Below are positions 14,016-26,637 of a stretch of 64,000 bases of DNA, one piece after another. Both the position numbers and the translations under genes were made by a program. The notes below the pieces were generated by a model. It saw nothing but the letters and a program-made list of their open reading frames with translations. It ran no database searches and was not told the DNA's origin. Source of the stretch: Selaginella moellendorffii. Lineage: Eukaryota; Plantae; Lycopodiophyta. The stretch lies in assembly GCF_000143415.4 (NCBI RefSeq), contig NW_003314343.1, positions 682,813-746,812 of the forward strand, written 5' to 3'. Positions within the stretch are counted from its first letter, which is position 1. The number at the start of each line of letters is the position of its first letter.

Positions 14016-14839
14016 TTTTGTGTAAGATTTTAAATTCTATTATTCAAAAATGACTTCTGGAAACTTTTAATGGGATTTATTGTAAAATATACATTACTCT
14101 TCTCATATAAAAGGATTGTGATGCAATCAGGCAAACACTTTTTTTATACAAAGTAATATATAAATTATAAGTACCATGAAAAGTGTTATATATAGTAAAT
14201 TGTATAATCTTGAATTTAGAGGTTATCCAACCCAATACTATTCAAACCTAAAGACATTTATCTTTAAGTACCCTAAAACTTTGAAAAAATGGGTGCATTT
14301 TCATTTATAAGCCTTTTCCCTCTATATTTGAACATTTATTGATCATCTCTCAAGTAATTCTTTTTTATTACTTATATAGATTTATTTGTTGTACTATTTA
14401 TTTCTTCATTTTTTTTACTCTAGACTGTTTTTTCAAAAGTAATATAAACACTTTTATCAATGATGATAGTAGTCTCTATATTCCCTAAAAATGAGAAATG
14501 TAATATAAAGATTATGGTAGTTCCTTTGCATTATAGCTTTTACTCACTGTTTTATTTTTCCTTGCTTCCCATCTTCTCAAGAACCATCTCCAACTTAAAA
14601 TGATGTTATTCAAGAGGATTATAAACACTTAAAAGTCAAGCTTGAACCAATATAAATATTTGTTGCATAGCAAATACTTCTATGAAATATCTCCAAAACT
14701 TAGTGTCTCCCAAGATCAATCTAAGGTGACCCATTTGAGCAAGTTGACTCATTTCTAGCTTGAAAGGCAACTTATGGCACAAGATGTTAAAGTAGTAATT
14801 TCATCAGCTTTTCATATCTAGCTTCTATATGCAAAACAG

Positions 14840-15471
14840 TGTTAGATAAAGTTTGGCATAATTTTAACATACTGGTGGTTTAACACAAGGAGGAGGTACC
14901 CCATTAACTAAAATAGTATGAAATTTACCCAAGTTGGACTAGAACAAGGAATAATATAATCTAGTAGGAGCAAAACTAATGTTTCAAATAGTCGGCTATG
15001 CTTCCTACTATTATCCCTACTACACATTTAAAACCCCTAACAGTGCCCCCCCCCCCCCCCCCAAGAGAAACACACTTTGGGCTTTGCTTCTTAAGTAGAT
15101 CTAAACATTTACTATAAATAACATAGGGAATCGATATGGGATTAACATATATGTTTGGCAAATATAGTAAGTTATCATGTAGCGATATTAAGAGATTAAA
15201 CTCAACATGTGAGGTTTTTGCCAAGTTAGTGCAAAACAGAGTTTAAAAAAAATGAACAAATCAAGCTAAGTATGTTTAGTTAAATAAACACTTCAGAATT
15301 CTTTCCTATTTATCCAGCCCAAGTATAAATGTTAAATCTAGTTTAGTAACACTTAGACAAAATGGGCTGATAAAGGGAACTAGTAGTACAATCTCCTGCC
15401 ATCGTGGAAATAAGAAAAGAGTCTTCATAAAAACCAAATATCTTTCAATACTTGAAATCATATTCACGACA
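14840..15471 (-). mobile_element. Degenerate LTR fragment, family B
   Basis: Shares blocks with 60054-60744 and 58876-59602 (ACTGGTGG..TAACACAAGGAGGAGG, CTACTATTATCCCTACTACACATTT, poly-C, terminal ATTCACGACA). Confidence 0.7.
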
Positions 15472-17024
15472 ACAAACTAGGAAGAAAGCAACTATAAATA
15501 TAGATGGAGGAGAAGAATCTGCACTAAAGCTTTAGCCTGTAGTTAGACAAAAATTACCGTTCCCTTCAGCATTTGCAACACAAAGTGGATCCTCCACCAC
15601 ATCTTCTCCTCTAGTATTTACATGCCCATCACAATTCACTAACACTTCACCATATGGTGTTCAACCATCTTCAACTTTCCCAGAGTCTGTCTTACAGCTC
15701 CTAGTTTAGCACAATAATTGGAGCACTTCGCCATTTCTAGAGGCTTGACACAACCTCTAGAAACCTCTCTAAACACACCAATCCAAGTCATGAGAGGACA
15801 TAACACTCTCAAATCCCAAAGCTTTCATCATCCCAATTACCGTTTTAAATTCCAAACTGGTGGAGGCATTAATGGATAGTGGGTTTTCACTAAATATCAC
15901 CTCATCAAAACTAGCTCACTCCTTAGGCTTGCAAGTGTCTGGGAGCACAATTATGGTTCTCAAGACCTTTGGTAATCATTCAGACTTACTAGCAAGTATT
16001 TGTTGTTGCATTCTTGTCTGCATTATATGGAGGAGTTAGTGACTCACTCATCCTGGGATGAGTTGAGCATGAAGAAGCTTGTTGCCACACTGAGTAGGAA
16101 CATGGACAGCTGCATACCTCAGATGGAAAGGCCAATTTGGTGTTTCACAACAAGCATGGCCTTTCCTTAGTTTCTCAGTGAGTTTCTCCAGTGGTCAAGC
16201 AAACTCTATCTTGCTCGCTCATTTCAAGCGACAAGCCCCAGACTCGAGCAATATCTTCTGAAATGGATTACGTAAGTTTCTGTTTCTCAAGAAGTTATTC
16301 TCAAGTGAACTCTTGCCACAGGCTTGGCAGCTCCATTCCGATGGATTGCCTGCAAATCTTTTAGACCCAAGCTCGTAAGATCCAGCAGCAACCAGCAAAA
16401 GAAAACGTTGGTCCAGGCAATCCACATTCCTCAGGCCTTCAATGTCTCACATGGTAGTGATATCCTCTGGCCATTCCAACGTCCATGTCCCACTCTCCAC
16501 CACTTTCGACAGGCACTCGCATGGATTCAAGGCTCCACTCGCAGGGAGGAACAACCTCCTCAAAGCGATCCTCAAGGTACCACCCGAATATTCTTGATTT
16601 TAAATTTTGCTAAAGTTGGAACTTCAGGTTTCTTCTTTGTGGATTTTAACAGGGATGAAATCCTTGGATCTGGCAATTGGGATGCTCCTGGTGTTCGTAG
16701 TTCTTGTATGTCACTCTCGTGACTTTTTGTATCGCTTTTGTGGGAGGAATTGGATCCAAGTCACATTGCATCGGGCCCTGTGACGTTTCCGTACGAGTTT
16801 CGGAGACGTGCTGTGGAGCAAGCAAAACACTGTCCCTCCGGTAGGAAGCCCATATGATCCAACACATTGCAGGTGTTGAGCAGCAAAAAATTCGATCCAA
16901 CCCCAAAAGAAGAAAAATGTGAATGATGAATGAGAAAAGAAACAAAACTCTGTTGCATCAAATCCTCAAAGACCTCTAAAGTACGACATTATAAAAGCTA
17001 GGTACCGTTGGGAGCCCTAGGCAA

Positions 17025-18050
17025 ATGGGAGGTAGGGGAATGCGGGCGCAAGGCCGCGCCGGCCGCGGCAGCTCACAGGCGATCGCTCGCGAGGTGGTGG
17101 CTGGATGGCCAGCGGCGGCTACTTTCTCCGACGCTGGGCGTGGATGGGCCGATTACCAGAGTTCCGTTCTACACACGCTTGCCCCGCCCGAGCTCCCGCT
17201 CGTGTTCGCTTACAGCGACGGCCATGGCGATTGGGGAGGCGGCGGGATGCTGCACGGAGGACACGGAGCGCTCGGGCCGGGCAACAGCGCTCAAGGCGGT
17301 GATGGTCGCGTGCCGGAGACAATGCATCACGGTGAAAGCCTCGACTGGGGAGGCCGCGGAGTGCCTGGCCGGGGAGAAAGCAGTGGTCTCGCTGGGGGAG
17401 TCGAATTGCCCGGAGGCGATTTGGGAGGCGGCGGGATGCTGCATCACGGCGGAAGCCTCGACTGGGGAGTCCGCGGAGTGGCTGGTCTCGCCGGGGGAGT
17501 CGAATTGCGACACGATCACAGCCCTAGAGGCGATGGCGGGATGCTGCGTGGAGGATCTGGAGGGCCTGGGGTGCCCAGCAGCGCGAAAGCGATCGAGACA
17601 GAGGAAGATTTCGAAAGGAAGCAAAGGGGGCTCATTATCTGGCAAGCACTAGTTGAATCGTTCATGGGTCACGGCCAGGGAAGCGATGGCAGAGAAAGCA
17701 GGATTCCTGGTCTGGTGCTGGGCAGCAACTCGTCGTCTTCGTCCCCCAGCCGCCAGATCGTCCAGGCAATCGCCGGGGAGCCGCTCTCCGCGGCCTCGGG
17801 CAAGGGGACGCAGTGCGAGGCGGGCAGCAGCGGTGGCGGTGACGGCGGTCGCGGTGGCGATGACGGTGGTCGCGGTGGCGGGGGACGCGGCCCCGGTGGT
17901 CGCGGTCCCGGTGGCGATGACGGTGGTCGCGGTGGCGGGGGACGCGGCCCCGGTGGTCGCGGTCCCGGTGGCGGTGCCAGACACGAAGAAGCAAGGAAAC
18001 GCAAAGCCCGACAAATGATGCGAGAACTTGCAAGTTCCTGTTTTCAGTAG
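17025..18050 (+). CDS. Putative glycine-rich, low-complexity protein (first ATG 17026-17028 region) or captured GC-rich fragment
   Basis: 341-codon ORF in a GC-rich island, with TATAAAAG at ~16990. Has an internal duplication and GGRGPGG repeats but no recognisable domain. Confidence 0.35.
   Translation: MGGRGMRAQGRAGRGSSQAIAREVVAGWPAAATFSDAGRGWADYQSSVLHTLAPPELPLVFAYSDGHGDWGGGGMLHGGHGALGPGNSAQGGDGRVPETMHHGESLDWGGRGVPGRGESSGLAGGVELPGGDLGGGGMLHHGGSLDWGVRGVAGLAGGVELRHDHSPRGDGGMLRGGSGGPGVPSSAKAIETEEDFERKQRGLIIWQALVESFMGHGQGSDGRESRIPGLVLGSNSSSSSPSRQIVQAIAGEPLSAASGKGTQCEAGSSGGGDGGRGGDDGGRGGGGRGPGGRGPGGDDGGRGGGGRGPGGRGPGGGARHEEARKRKARQMMRELASSCFQ
17850..17975 (+). repeat. 57-bp tandem duplication encoding GDDGGRGGGGRGPGGRGPG
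   Basis: Two exact copies visible. Confidence 0.9.
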
Positions 18051-19299
18051 GTAGTGATAGCATTTTGATGAAATTCTAATCGACAATTTGAGACGAAGTA
18101 AGCGCAGCGGGAGTAGCAGTAGTAACAGCACCAGTCGAGACAGGCATGAAGGAGAAGCTCCGGGACGTAAGCTCCATGCTCGCCTTGTCCAAGGATTTGC
18201 CCGAGTGGCTGGTGTGGCGACGAGTTTTGCTGTTGGCGACGATGCTACTACCAGGGCTTACATTTTTTTAGGGCTTGTAACATTTTTTAAGAGTTTACAT
18301 TAGGAAACGATGAGACTCGCATAGCTTACACGCTGCTGGCTGAAGCTCAGAGCATTTTCTGCCACCGGAAGCTCCTGCCTGGTTTGCCAGCTCCCTGTCT
18401 TCTTGGCCGCTGGAGATCGCGACGTTGAGAAGTTGAGTACCAATCAACGAGTGTTGCCAAGCGTGGAGCCCGTTGGAGGAAAGTTTGGACTTGTTCAATC
18501 TCACCATTGTGCCCACTCGAGATGGAGTGGTGGTGAAGTCTGTAAAGACATGGCACTGGCTCAGTCCCACGGCCACCATGACTGCGAAGCAGGTGGTGAG
18601 AAAATACCCTAACAAAATTTTTTGATGGGCATATGGCTTCATGTTGATGTTGAGCAACCTTTTAGAATTTGAAGTATTTATGATTATAAGCTCCTGAATT
18701 TGAATTTATTTAAACTTAAGGATGTTTAACCCTAAGTATTTCAAATTTTTAATTGATTGAAAATGGGGGTGCATTTTTGTTCATGGGCCTTTTTCTTTTA
18801 TATTTAAACTCTTATGAATCGTTTCTTAAATTGTTTAATTTAGTTGCTTATATACATCTATTAGTAGTGTAGCATTTGCAATGTCAACAAACTAATCTTT
18901 TGTTCAAAGGAGCTTGAAATGGAGAGTAGCTGCAATGTCATTTAAAGACAGTTTAACAAGATTAAAAAAGGAATTATCACTAAAGTAGATAGAACAGATA
19001 AAAGTAAGAAGCAAGATGAAAGTTTTGAGGAAACTTAACACTTTCAAAAGTGGAGATCACCTCAAAAAATTTAATATATGATTTAAGAGCTCACACTATG
19101 ATGTTTTTGGCATACAACTTTCAGGCTAAGTGGAAAGCAATAGCTTGTGATATATGTTTTATTAATTTTTTAAATGAAGTTATAATTTTTGTTCTCAACT
19201 TTTCCAAAAACTAAAAATAAGCACTTCAAATCAACACTAAATTAAGCTATACATTGTTATCTATTCCAGGATCTATGCTAAGATCTTACCAACTCTTTG

Positions 19300-19640
19300 A
19301 TTCCAACACTCCTCCCCCTCAGCGAGTAGTAAAGATCTATAATCCAAGACTATTTTGATGTCTTACATATGATATCTCTATTTCTTAGTGTTCATGAATA
19401 AAAAGTGGTTCATTTCAACATGTTTTGTGCAAGAATGGAATATGAGATTTTAATTATTGCAAGAGCAAAAGTGTTGTCATTATGAATAACAGTGAGTTCT
19501 CTGCAAATTAATATTATAAAAAAAGTAGTTTCAACCAAATAGTTTCTTAAGTAGCATATGTGATTCCATTATATTCTGCTTTACATGTTAAAAGAGCTTC
19601 TGATATTTGCTTCTTGCAAGAGTATGAAATTGCTTGTGTA
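19300..19640 (-). mobile_element. Ty1/copia RNase H remnant with PPT and start of 3' LTR
   Basis: Minus strand gives ALLTCKAEY (cf. ALSTCEAEY) and FHSCTKHVE (cf. FHSRTKHIE), then GAGGGGGAGGAG-TGTTGG at ~19320-19303. Confidence 0.75.
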
Positions 19641-21510
19641 CTTTAGATTTCAACACTGCTTAAAGTTGTATTTAGGCATGGTGGGCAAAAGCAAGACATA
19701 GTCATTACTTGAATTTTTTAGTCTTCATGAATATTATCTCCCCATATAAAATGCAAATTTTATATCCTTTTCACTGTCTTGCACTTTAGTTTCTTGCTTT
19801 GATCCACTAATCTATAAGCCAAAAGGATCTGCCAACTTTTACTTTTCACTGTCTTTCACTTTAGTTTCTTGCTTTGATCCACTACTGTGTTATCTATAAG
19901 CTAAAAGGATTTGCCAAATACCTTTTTCCCACAACTTCTAGTGACTTTTGAGCAATGTTTAATGAACAAAATGACAATCAAAAACAATTCGTAATAAAAG
20001 TGCATCATTGATTTAAACCTTGCATAAGTTTAAACACACATAAGTGATGAAAAGTGCCTATCCTTGTCAACTCGGTTTTAATATCAGTAGCAACTCCATC
20101 ATGTTCACCCTTCTCATGGCCCTGAAAAAGTTCTAAACCATGTCAATGTTGAAGTCCTTGAAGTGCTGTCTAGCCAAAAGTGATAAAGCTCAAGGCAGTG
20201 TTGAACAAATGCATTTTATTATAATTGGCATTTAACAAGTAAAAGTAATAATACTTTGTCAGTTCATCATTTTTTAGAACACATCGGTAAAATGTTTACT
20301 TGTTCATTTTCCAAACATTTTGTTTTCAAGTATGGTATAAAAACCTAGAAAAAGGGAAGTGAAAAACCTAAGGGTACAATGGGTGCGAGGAGGAAGACAA
20401 CGACGACACTGCCGCAGGAGCTTGTGGAGGAGATATTGCTCAAGCTGCCCTACTCGTCGCTCATCATTGCGAGGTCCGTTTGCAAGGCGTGGAAAGCAGC
20501 GGCGGACAGCTCCAGCGTCAAGAGCAGATACAGGGACAGTGGTCACTTCTTCGCCGACGCCAACTCCATCACGGACAGCAGCGACAAGCGCATGCGATGG
20601 GCGCCGCGCGGTGATTACCCGGACGTGCTGTGCGCAGTCTCGTCAGAGGACCAGCGTTGCGTGCTGGCTCGCTCTACACAGCAGAGGAAACTCTTCCTTG
20701 GGAATCCTTTTCTCAACGTGTGGCAAGAGATTCCTTACAAGATTTTCGGCGACTGGTCCAGGGCTTGCATCCTGCGCAACAAGATTGTGGTGTGGTGCGC
20801 TGATGGCATGCTTTTCACCTGGACACAAGGAGACGAGGGTTGGTCCAACATCGAAAGTCCTGTGGCTGAAGATTCCGAATCTGACTCCGAAACTGAATTT
20901 GTGTTGAAGCCTGTGGTGAATGGCAACAAGCTGTTTTGCCTGGATTCCTTGCGCTACCCGAATCTGTTGGAGTTCGACACCACAAGTAATAGCTTCTCAT
21001 ATACTGAGAATGTCTTGCCCAATGGCGGGGACAATTACCTCGCCGGCGCTTGGAAGTCCAAGCTCTACGTAGGGACAGTGATTGACAGCGAGCGTAAGGT
21101 CCAGATCTTGGAGCTTGAGCGGGAACATAGCGTGGTGCTCAGGTTGGTGAGCGAGTATGTGATTGATTTCCAGGCCAATGACGGGGTCTGGTTCCTTGGT
21201 CAATCTGGGAAATACTTGAACTTTTGCGGGGAAGATTGCGACTTGACGAAGACGGAGACGACCTACTTCTCCTACGACATGGATGCCGGGACTTGGGACA
21301 AGCAAATGCACCGGGCTGCCTCCACAGCTGTGAACATAGTGCTACATTGATCGCTTGTCAAAACAATTGTACAAAGCCTTGCATTTCATGGGGGATGATC
21401 GACTATCCTATCTTTCAACTCGGTCAAACAGGTCAAATCTCGTCAAATGAGAGAGACAAGCATGGCAAAGAAAAAAGAAAAAATGTTCTCACAATTGATA
21501 CATAGTTTTT
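19520..21510 (+). repeat. Segmental duplication unit, copy 2
   Basis: Matches 11085-13068. Confidence 0.9.
20379..21350 (+). CDS. Intronless F-box protein (323 aa), paralog of 11949-12920
   Basis: Same length, with 17 amino-acid differences by my count. Confidence 0.9.
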   Translation: MGARRKTTTTLPQELVEEILLKLPYSSLIIARSVCKAWKAAADSSSVKSRYRDSGHFFADANSITDSSDKRMRWAPRGDYPDVLCAVSSEDQRCVLARSTQQRKLFLGNPFLNVWQEIPYKIFGDWSRACILRNKIVVWCADGMLFTWTQGDEGWSNIESPVAEDSESDSETEFVLKPVVNGNKLFCLDSLRYPNLLEFDTTSNSFSYTENVLPNGGDNYLAGAWKSKLYVGTVIDSERKVQILELEREHSVVLRLVSEYVIDFQANDGVWFLGQSGKYLNFCGEDCDLTKTETTYFSYDMDAGTWDKQMHRAASTAVNIVLH

Positions 21511-21660
21511 GACGTTATTTCTCGCCGATCACTTGCTTTCTTTTCTTCACCGTCCCTTTCTCTCTTTGAAAGTTTATTTTGGTTGCCAAAAAGCGCCAGT
21601 CCCTCTCTACTTCCTGCGTTGGGGGTAGAGTTAAAACCCGAAAGCCAAGAAAAGGAGATC

Positions 21661-23884
21661 TTACTTGAATCTCCTCGCAACTTCTTCGTATCTTGGAACA
21701 TGGACGACTGAAACGGAAAACCAAGCGCGAAGAATTTAGCTAGCTGACCAAAGCACAGTCCAGCTTACCATCTCCCCAAGAAGCCATTGTGAGCGGCGAC
21801 GAAAGCAATTTACTCGCAGTGGACGTGATGTTTTCCAACGTCAATCCCTGGACAGCACTGATAAAGTCCTGGATAGGCTTCCTCTTGCCATATGTGAGAA
21901 TTTGCCTTCCAATATCTTCCGTGACAACGACCTGGATGAATCGAATAGAGCATGTCGTGAGATGTCTTTTTGGAACAAAAGATTCTCACCCGTGACTCGA
22001 GATTCATGAGAACAGCGGATATTGTTGCATTCTTGGCGCGCTCCAATTCCTCCTCCGTCACTGTTTGAACGTTACCGGTTGATTTTCTCGCAAAAACATA
22101 TTGGAATTACCTTCACCACCCGTAGCGACAGTCGTGAGCTCGTCTGTTGCCAGATCGATAAGGTTGGGCACGAAGTCGGAGGTCTACGACAAAAGCGAAA
22201 TGAGAAAAATCGAGAAGACCACTATTTAGGCTCTAAATTCATACCGAAGTCGCATGAATTCCAAATATTCCGGTGTCATTGTAGATACTGTTGAAGGCAG
22301 TGAAGGACTGCACTTTGTCGTAGTGATTCAGGACACGCGTATCTGTTGACACGTCTTGTTAATCCAAAACAACGTCTGTATACAATACAGCACTCACATA
22401 GACGAGAATACATCCCCTTCCCAGGTCCTCCAGACGAGAACGAGCCACCTCCTCCAAGTAGTGTCTAAAATCCGGAACAACAACAGTCAGCGTGAGAGTG
22501 AAAAAGGCAAAACACTTCCTTACTTGCAAAACAGTAACAGCGAATGAATCGTGCTCGTTGCGCCAGCCGCCGGGAACTTCGAAGGCAAGAGCAATATGTG
22601 TGGTCTAGAACATAACATTAAGCACAACGTTTCTAAGTAATAAGCTAGTACCGGTGAATCGGCAGTGCCACGCCAGTCTCCACCAATATACTCGGAAGGT
22701 CCACAATCAACACCTTTCCCAGAAGGCCAATCGGTGAGCAAAGGTTCGGCTACTGCCATGAGTTCTTCATGATCTACTCCAGAGGCAGCCAACACAATGC
22801 GACGAGGAATGAAGTTATTCTGCAGCAAACGAGTTACTGAATGTCACGAAGAAACTATAAACACTTACCCTCACGAAGTCCGTAAGAGTTGCGCCATCTA
22901 GCTTAGATAGCGCAGATTCGGAAGCCAGTAAAGGATGTCCAATGGGGCCGCTATAACCGGCAGAATGCAGTGCCTCCAGCAGAATACTTTGAGGATTATT
23001 GAACATTTCAGCCAGCTCCGCCTTGATTTTGTCGACCTGCAAAACCATCACAACCATTCTAGAAGAAGTTACAAAAGGTAGTGGCCTTGTTACCTGTTCG
23101 TGTACTTCCCAGCCGTGGAAAGCGGGATTGCGAACACTGTCCACGAGCAATTCGACCATCTGAGGCATGTAAGTCTTGATGGTGTCTCCAGTGTAGGCCA
23201 TTTGTTCCCGTGTTGCCGAAGCCATGATATTTCCTCCGATTGCTTCCACTTCTCGCGTCAACCGGAAGTGCGAGCGGTTGTGTGTGGACTTGAAGGCCAT
23301 GCGCTCCAACAGATGCGTGGCCCCGGAATTGGAAGCGTCTTCATGGATGCTACCAGAGTCTACGTAAATCCCGAGAGTCGCAGTTGGGCCCTGCGAGCCA
23401 AAAAGCAATCAAACAATGTGTTCTATCGAGAATAGAAAAGTCCACTCACTGCTATTTGCTCCGAAGCTATCCTCACACCGTTGTTGAGCGAAGAGATTTG
23501 AGTTCCCGATGGTTCCACAGTGTCCTCCAAGGAAGGAGGCAAATTTACCTCCGGTAACGCCTCGTAGAGAGCTGGGAGCGTTGGCAGTGGTTCACGGAAA
23601 AGCCAAGACAGCCATCCTTTGCTGGGGGTTCTCAGCGCTGGAACGGCTTGGCTAAACGGCGTGGAGGCGTGAAATCCACGGGCTTGAGCCTGCGACAAGA
23701 TAGATCCACAAGAATGTAGGAAATTTCCAATCAGCCCAGCAGATCAAAACCTAGAAAAGAAATGGAGCTGCGAGTGGAAGGAGAAATCCAAGAAAAAGAA
23801 GCTAGATTGATGGATTGAGAGGAATCGATGCGAGCGTACCTTGTATTGGCCCAGGCGCCGGTGAAGAGCAGCTCTCACAACCAT
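21661..23884 (-). CDS. MPPA: Mitochondrial processing peptidase alpha subunit (M16), multi-exon
   Basis: Starts [15 protein letters not shown] (presequence-like). Exons contain [26 protein letters not shown], the Gly-rich loop [19 protein letters not shown] and [20 protein letters not shown]. Ends [12 protein letters not shown] (TAA at 21663-21661). Confidence 0.95.
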
Positions 23885-24032
23885 GGCGCAAGCGCTGTCC
23901 CAGAGAAGAAGAGGAAAGAAAAAGAGAATTTAGGGCTAGGGTTAGGGCTTCAACGATTAATGACACGTCAATTTTTTTTGAAAATCCCGTTAGGGCTGAC
24001 TAGGGCTTTTAGTGGCGGGCGGGAATGCGAGG
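23885..24032. promoter_or_regulatory. 148-bp head-to-head intergenic region with telo-box-like TAGGG(T/C)T motifs
   Basis: ATGs at 23884(-) and 24033(+). TTTAGGGCTAGGGTTAGGGCTT at ~23929-23950 and two more TAGGGCT at ~23990-24007. Confidence 0.65.
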
Positions 24033-26007
24033 ATGATCGCCCAGCTCTGCCTCATCGTCTCGCGCCTCCTCTTCCGGGCTCTGGCGCGGCCGATCTGGAT
24101 CTTCACCGACGCAGTCCTGGAATGGCCGCTCTTCATCCATTTGCTGGTAATCGCCAGTGCCGTGTGGATCGCCGGCTTCGCGGGCTTCAATTTCCTCATC
24201 TCGATCCTCCTCTCGGTGCTCTACCTCCACAGCGTCGACAGCGTCCAGAAATCCCGCCTGAGAACGCAGCTCCAGTTCCAGATCGATCACGAGAGTATTC
24301 GGGGCGTCCAGGTCTCGGATAGCGAGACTGTGACTTGGTTTAATATCTTGCTCCAGGAAGGCTGGCCGACCTTTCTGGAGCGGTACCTCGCCAGGAACAT
24401 CATCTATCTCTTGGACGTGAATCTCAACTATTACAAGCCCCGGGCAGTGAGCAAGATCCTGGTCGATCGTCTCCGCCTTGGAAACTCTCCTCCGGTTGTG
24501 CACTCGGTGAAAGTTTATCGAAACTCGAGCGCTGGCGAGCACGTTGTGATCGAGATGGATCTCTCGTTTGTGGCCGACGAAGACATGCAGTTGGAACTCA
24601 TGGCTTGTCTCAAGAAGGTGTCGGTCGGGTTTGGATTTGCGGGCAAGCTCTACGGGACCAACTTGAGGATCGAAGGGAAGCTCAAGCTCGGGTTTAAGTT
24701 TGTGGCTTACTATCCTTACGTTGGTCAGCTCTCCATCGCTTTTGTGACGGCACCGTTGCTGGGATTGAGTGTCAGGCCGCTCTCGTCGAGCAGTGTGGAT
24801 GTTACTGACTTGCCGCTAATCGCTTCCTGGGTGGTACGTTGCTAGCTCTTGAAAGTGATTGATTTCTTCGTTGATCCTTTTTCAGAGCAAAGCTGTTCAA
24901 GCAGCTATCGAGACGTGCATGGTGGAGCCTTACCCTTTGGTTCTTGACATGATACGGTTGTTTGGAGCCGAGTATGATCTCGACATTGATAAAGATGGCG
25001 TCAGGCTTCTCCCTGGTAAAAATCTTTGTTTTTAATATATGACTGATGAAACGTGAGCAGCGAGTCTTCATGAGATCAAGGAAGCCGCATTCGCGATACT
25101 GGAGATTTTGGAAGGCAAAGACTTGGAAGCCAAAGACAGATCGGGTATGTCGCATCAATTCATTTTTCTATATTGCTACATCCACAATTTTTTGTACAGT
25201 ACAGGCTACTCTGATCCATACGTGAAGATAAAAATGGGCAAGCTAAAGTTTACGACTTCTGTGAAGAAGCAGACGCTCAATCCCTCATGGCACGAGCTAT
25301 TCCGGGTGAGGATAATCAGCTGGAATTTGCCTTCCAAGATCCATTTCCGTGTTCGGGACCGAGACAAGTTTGGGAAAGACGATGAGCTCGTAAGTCTTTT
25401 CTTTTTCTAGCTCGGAGATTAATCTTCATGGTGTTCTTGTGATCGATCCCAGGGGTGGTACGAGCTCGACTTGATACACTTACGAGGTGGAGACAGGCAC
25501 GACATGTGGTTAAAGCTGCGAGACGTAAGGAAAGGCTTGCTTCACGTAGCCATTTCCATTCTCGAGCCTCCCTCGAAGATAGTCCAGGCAGCAGCAGGCG
25601 TTGGATCTCTAGCAAACAGCTCCACGACGCTTAAGGTGGCTCCGGCTCTGGAAGGATACCTGGTTAAGCCGGGACTGATGGAAGCTCTCCATCTCGGTGA
25701 CGTTTTGGATGCTCCAATGGCTCCAGCAGCACTCGTGGACAAGCCGGCTGCTAGTGTAGAGGACTGGAAGCTTGACGCAGTGGATCAAGGCAAGAGCATA
25801 GTCGATCTCGGGGAGTCGTCTCTCTCACAGGGAACAGTAGTGAGGTGCCAGAAGAGGCTTCTCGGAGGCTTGTACAAGAAACTCCGGCCTTGGGGGAGAC
25901 GATATGCCAACGACAGAGACGTGTTCATGGATATGGAGCACAAGCCGCGGCCATCTATCTTCAAGAGAATTTTTCTCAGCGACAGGAGACCCTCGAGAAC
26001 AGGCTAA
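24033..26007 (+). CDS. SMP + C2 domain (synaptotagmin-like/CaLB) membrane protein, multi-exon
   Basis: N-terminal hydrophobic segments, SMP start DSETVTWFNILLQEGWP, and C2 domain ILEGKDLEAKDRSGYSDPYVKIKMG...KKQTLNPSW...VRDRDKFGKDDELG. Confidence 0.9.
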
Positions 26008-26637
26008 GTCTCTCTCAAATCACAGAAGGTTCTTCTCGGAAAAAAAATCGAGAAAAAACATCACGAAGAATCAAAGGTACTTTTTTTTTTTCTTCATCCT
26101 ATAGGCTCGTGTGCTTCTTGGTTGCATTGCAGGGACGCAAATTATTCGTTCCATCAAAGAGGTAAGTAGTGAATGAAAACTACGTTCTTTCTAACTCCTT
26201 TTCCCCTTCATGGCAGGCACCAGAATATTCTGGCTTTTAATCAACAGATATTCTCCGCCAGCTAGGGTTCCTAGTTTTTTTTTCCTTTTTGCCATTTTGG
26301 CTTTTGCTGGACAGCGAATGCGGGCCGACGCTGAGGAACAGGGCGGGCGCTTGGCAATTCATAGCTCCGGGTAAGCCTCTCGCATTTCCCTTGGCGCTTC
26401 TTTGTTCACAGGATTTAGTTCTTTGGGGGTGATTTGTAGAATGCCTTGGATTTGGGTTCCCTAGCTTTGTTTTTCTTCTTCCTCCTGTCGGTATGGACGG
26501 CAGCCCGAACAGACAATCGATTGTTCAGGTGTAGTGGCTGGGAAAAATGTAAATTTGTAGAACAGCGAGGCTTGAAACGGTATTAATTCTTTCTTTCTTT
26601 GTCTTCGCAGGCTGTGAATGAAGGAGACGGCAAAGAG

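Noticed and set aside
15480-16960. Possible gene upstream of the Gly-rich ORF
   Set aside because: Some splice-like signals but no coherent reading frame or recognisable domain.
23929-23950. Interstitial telomere
   Set aside because: Only three imperfect units in promoter context, better explained as telo-box-like motifs.
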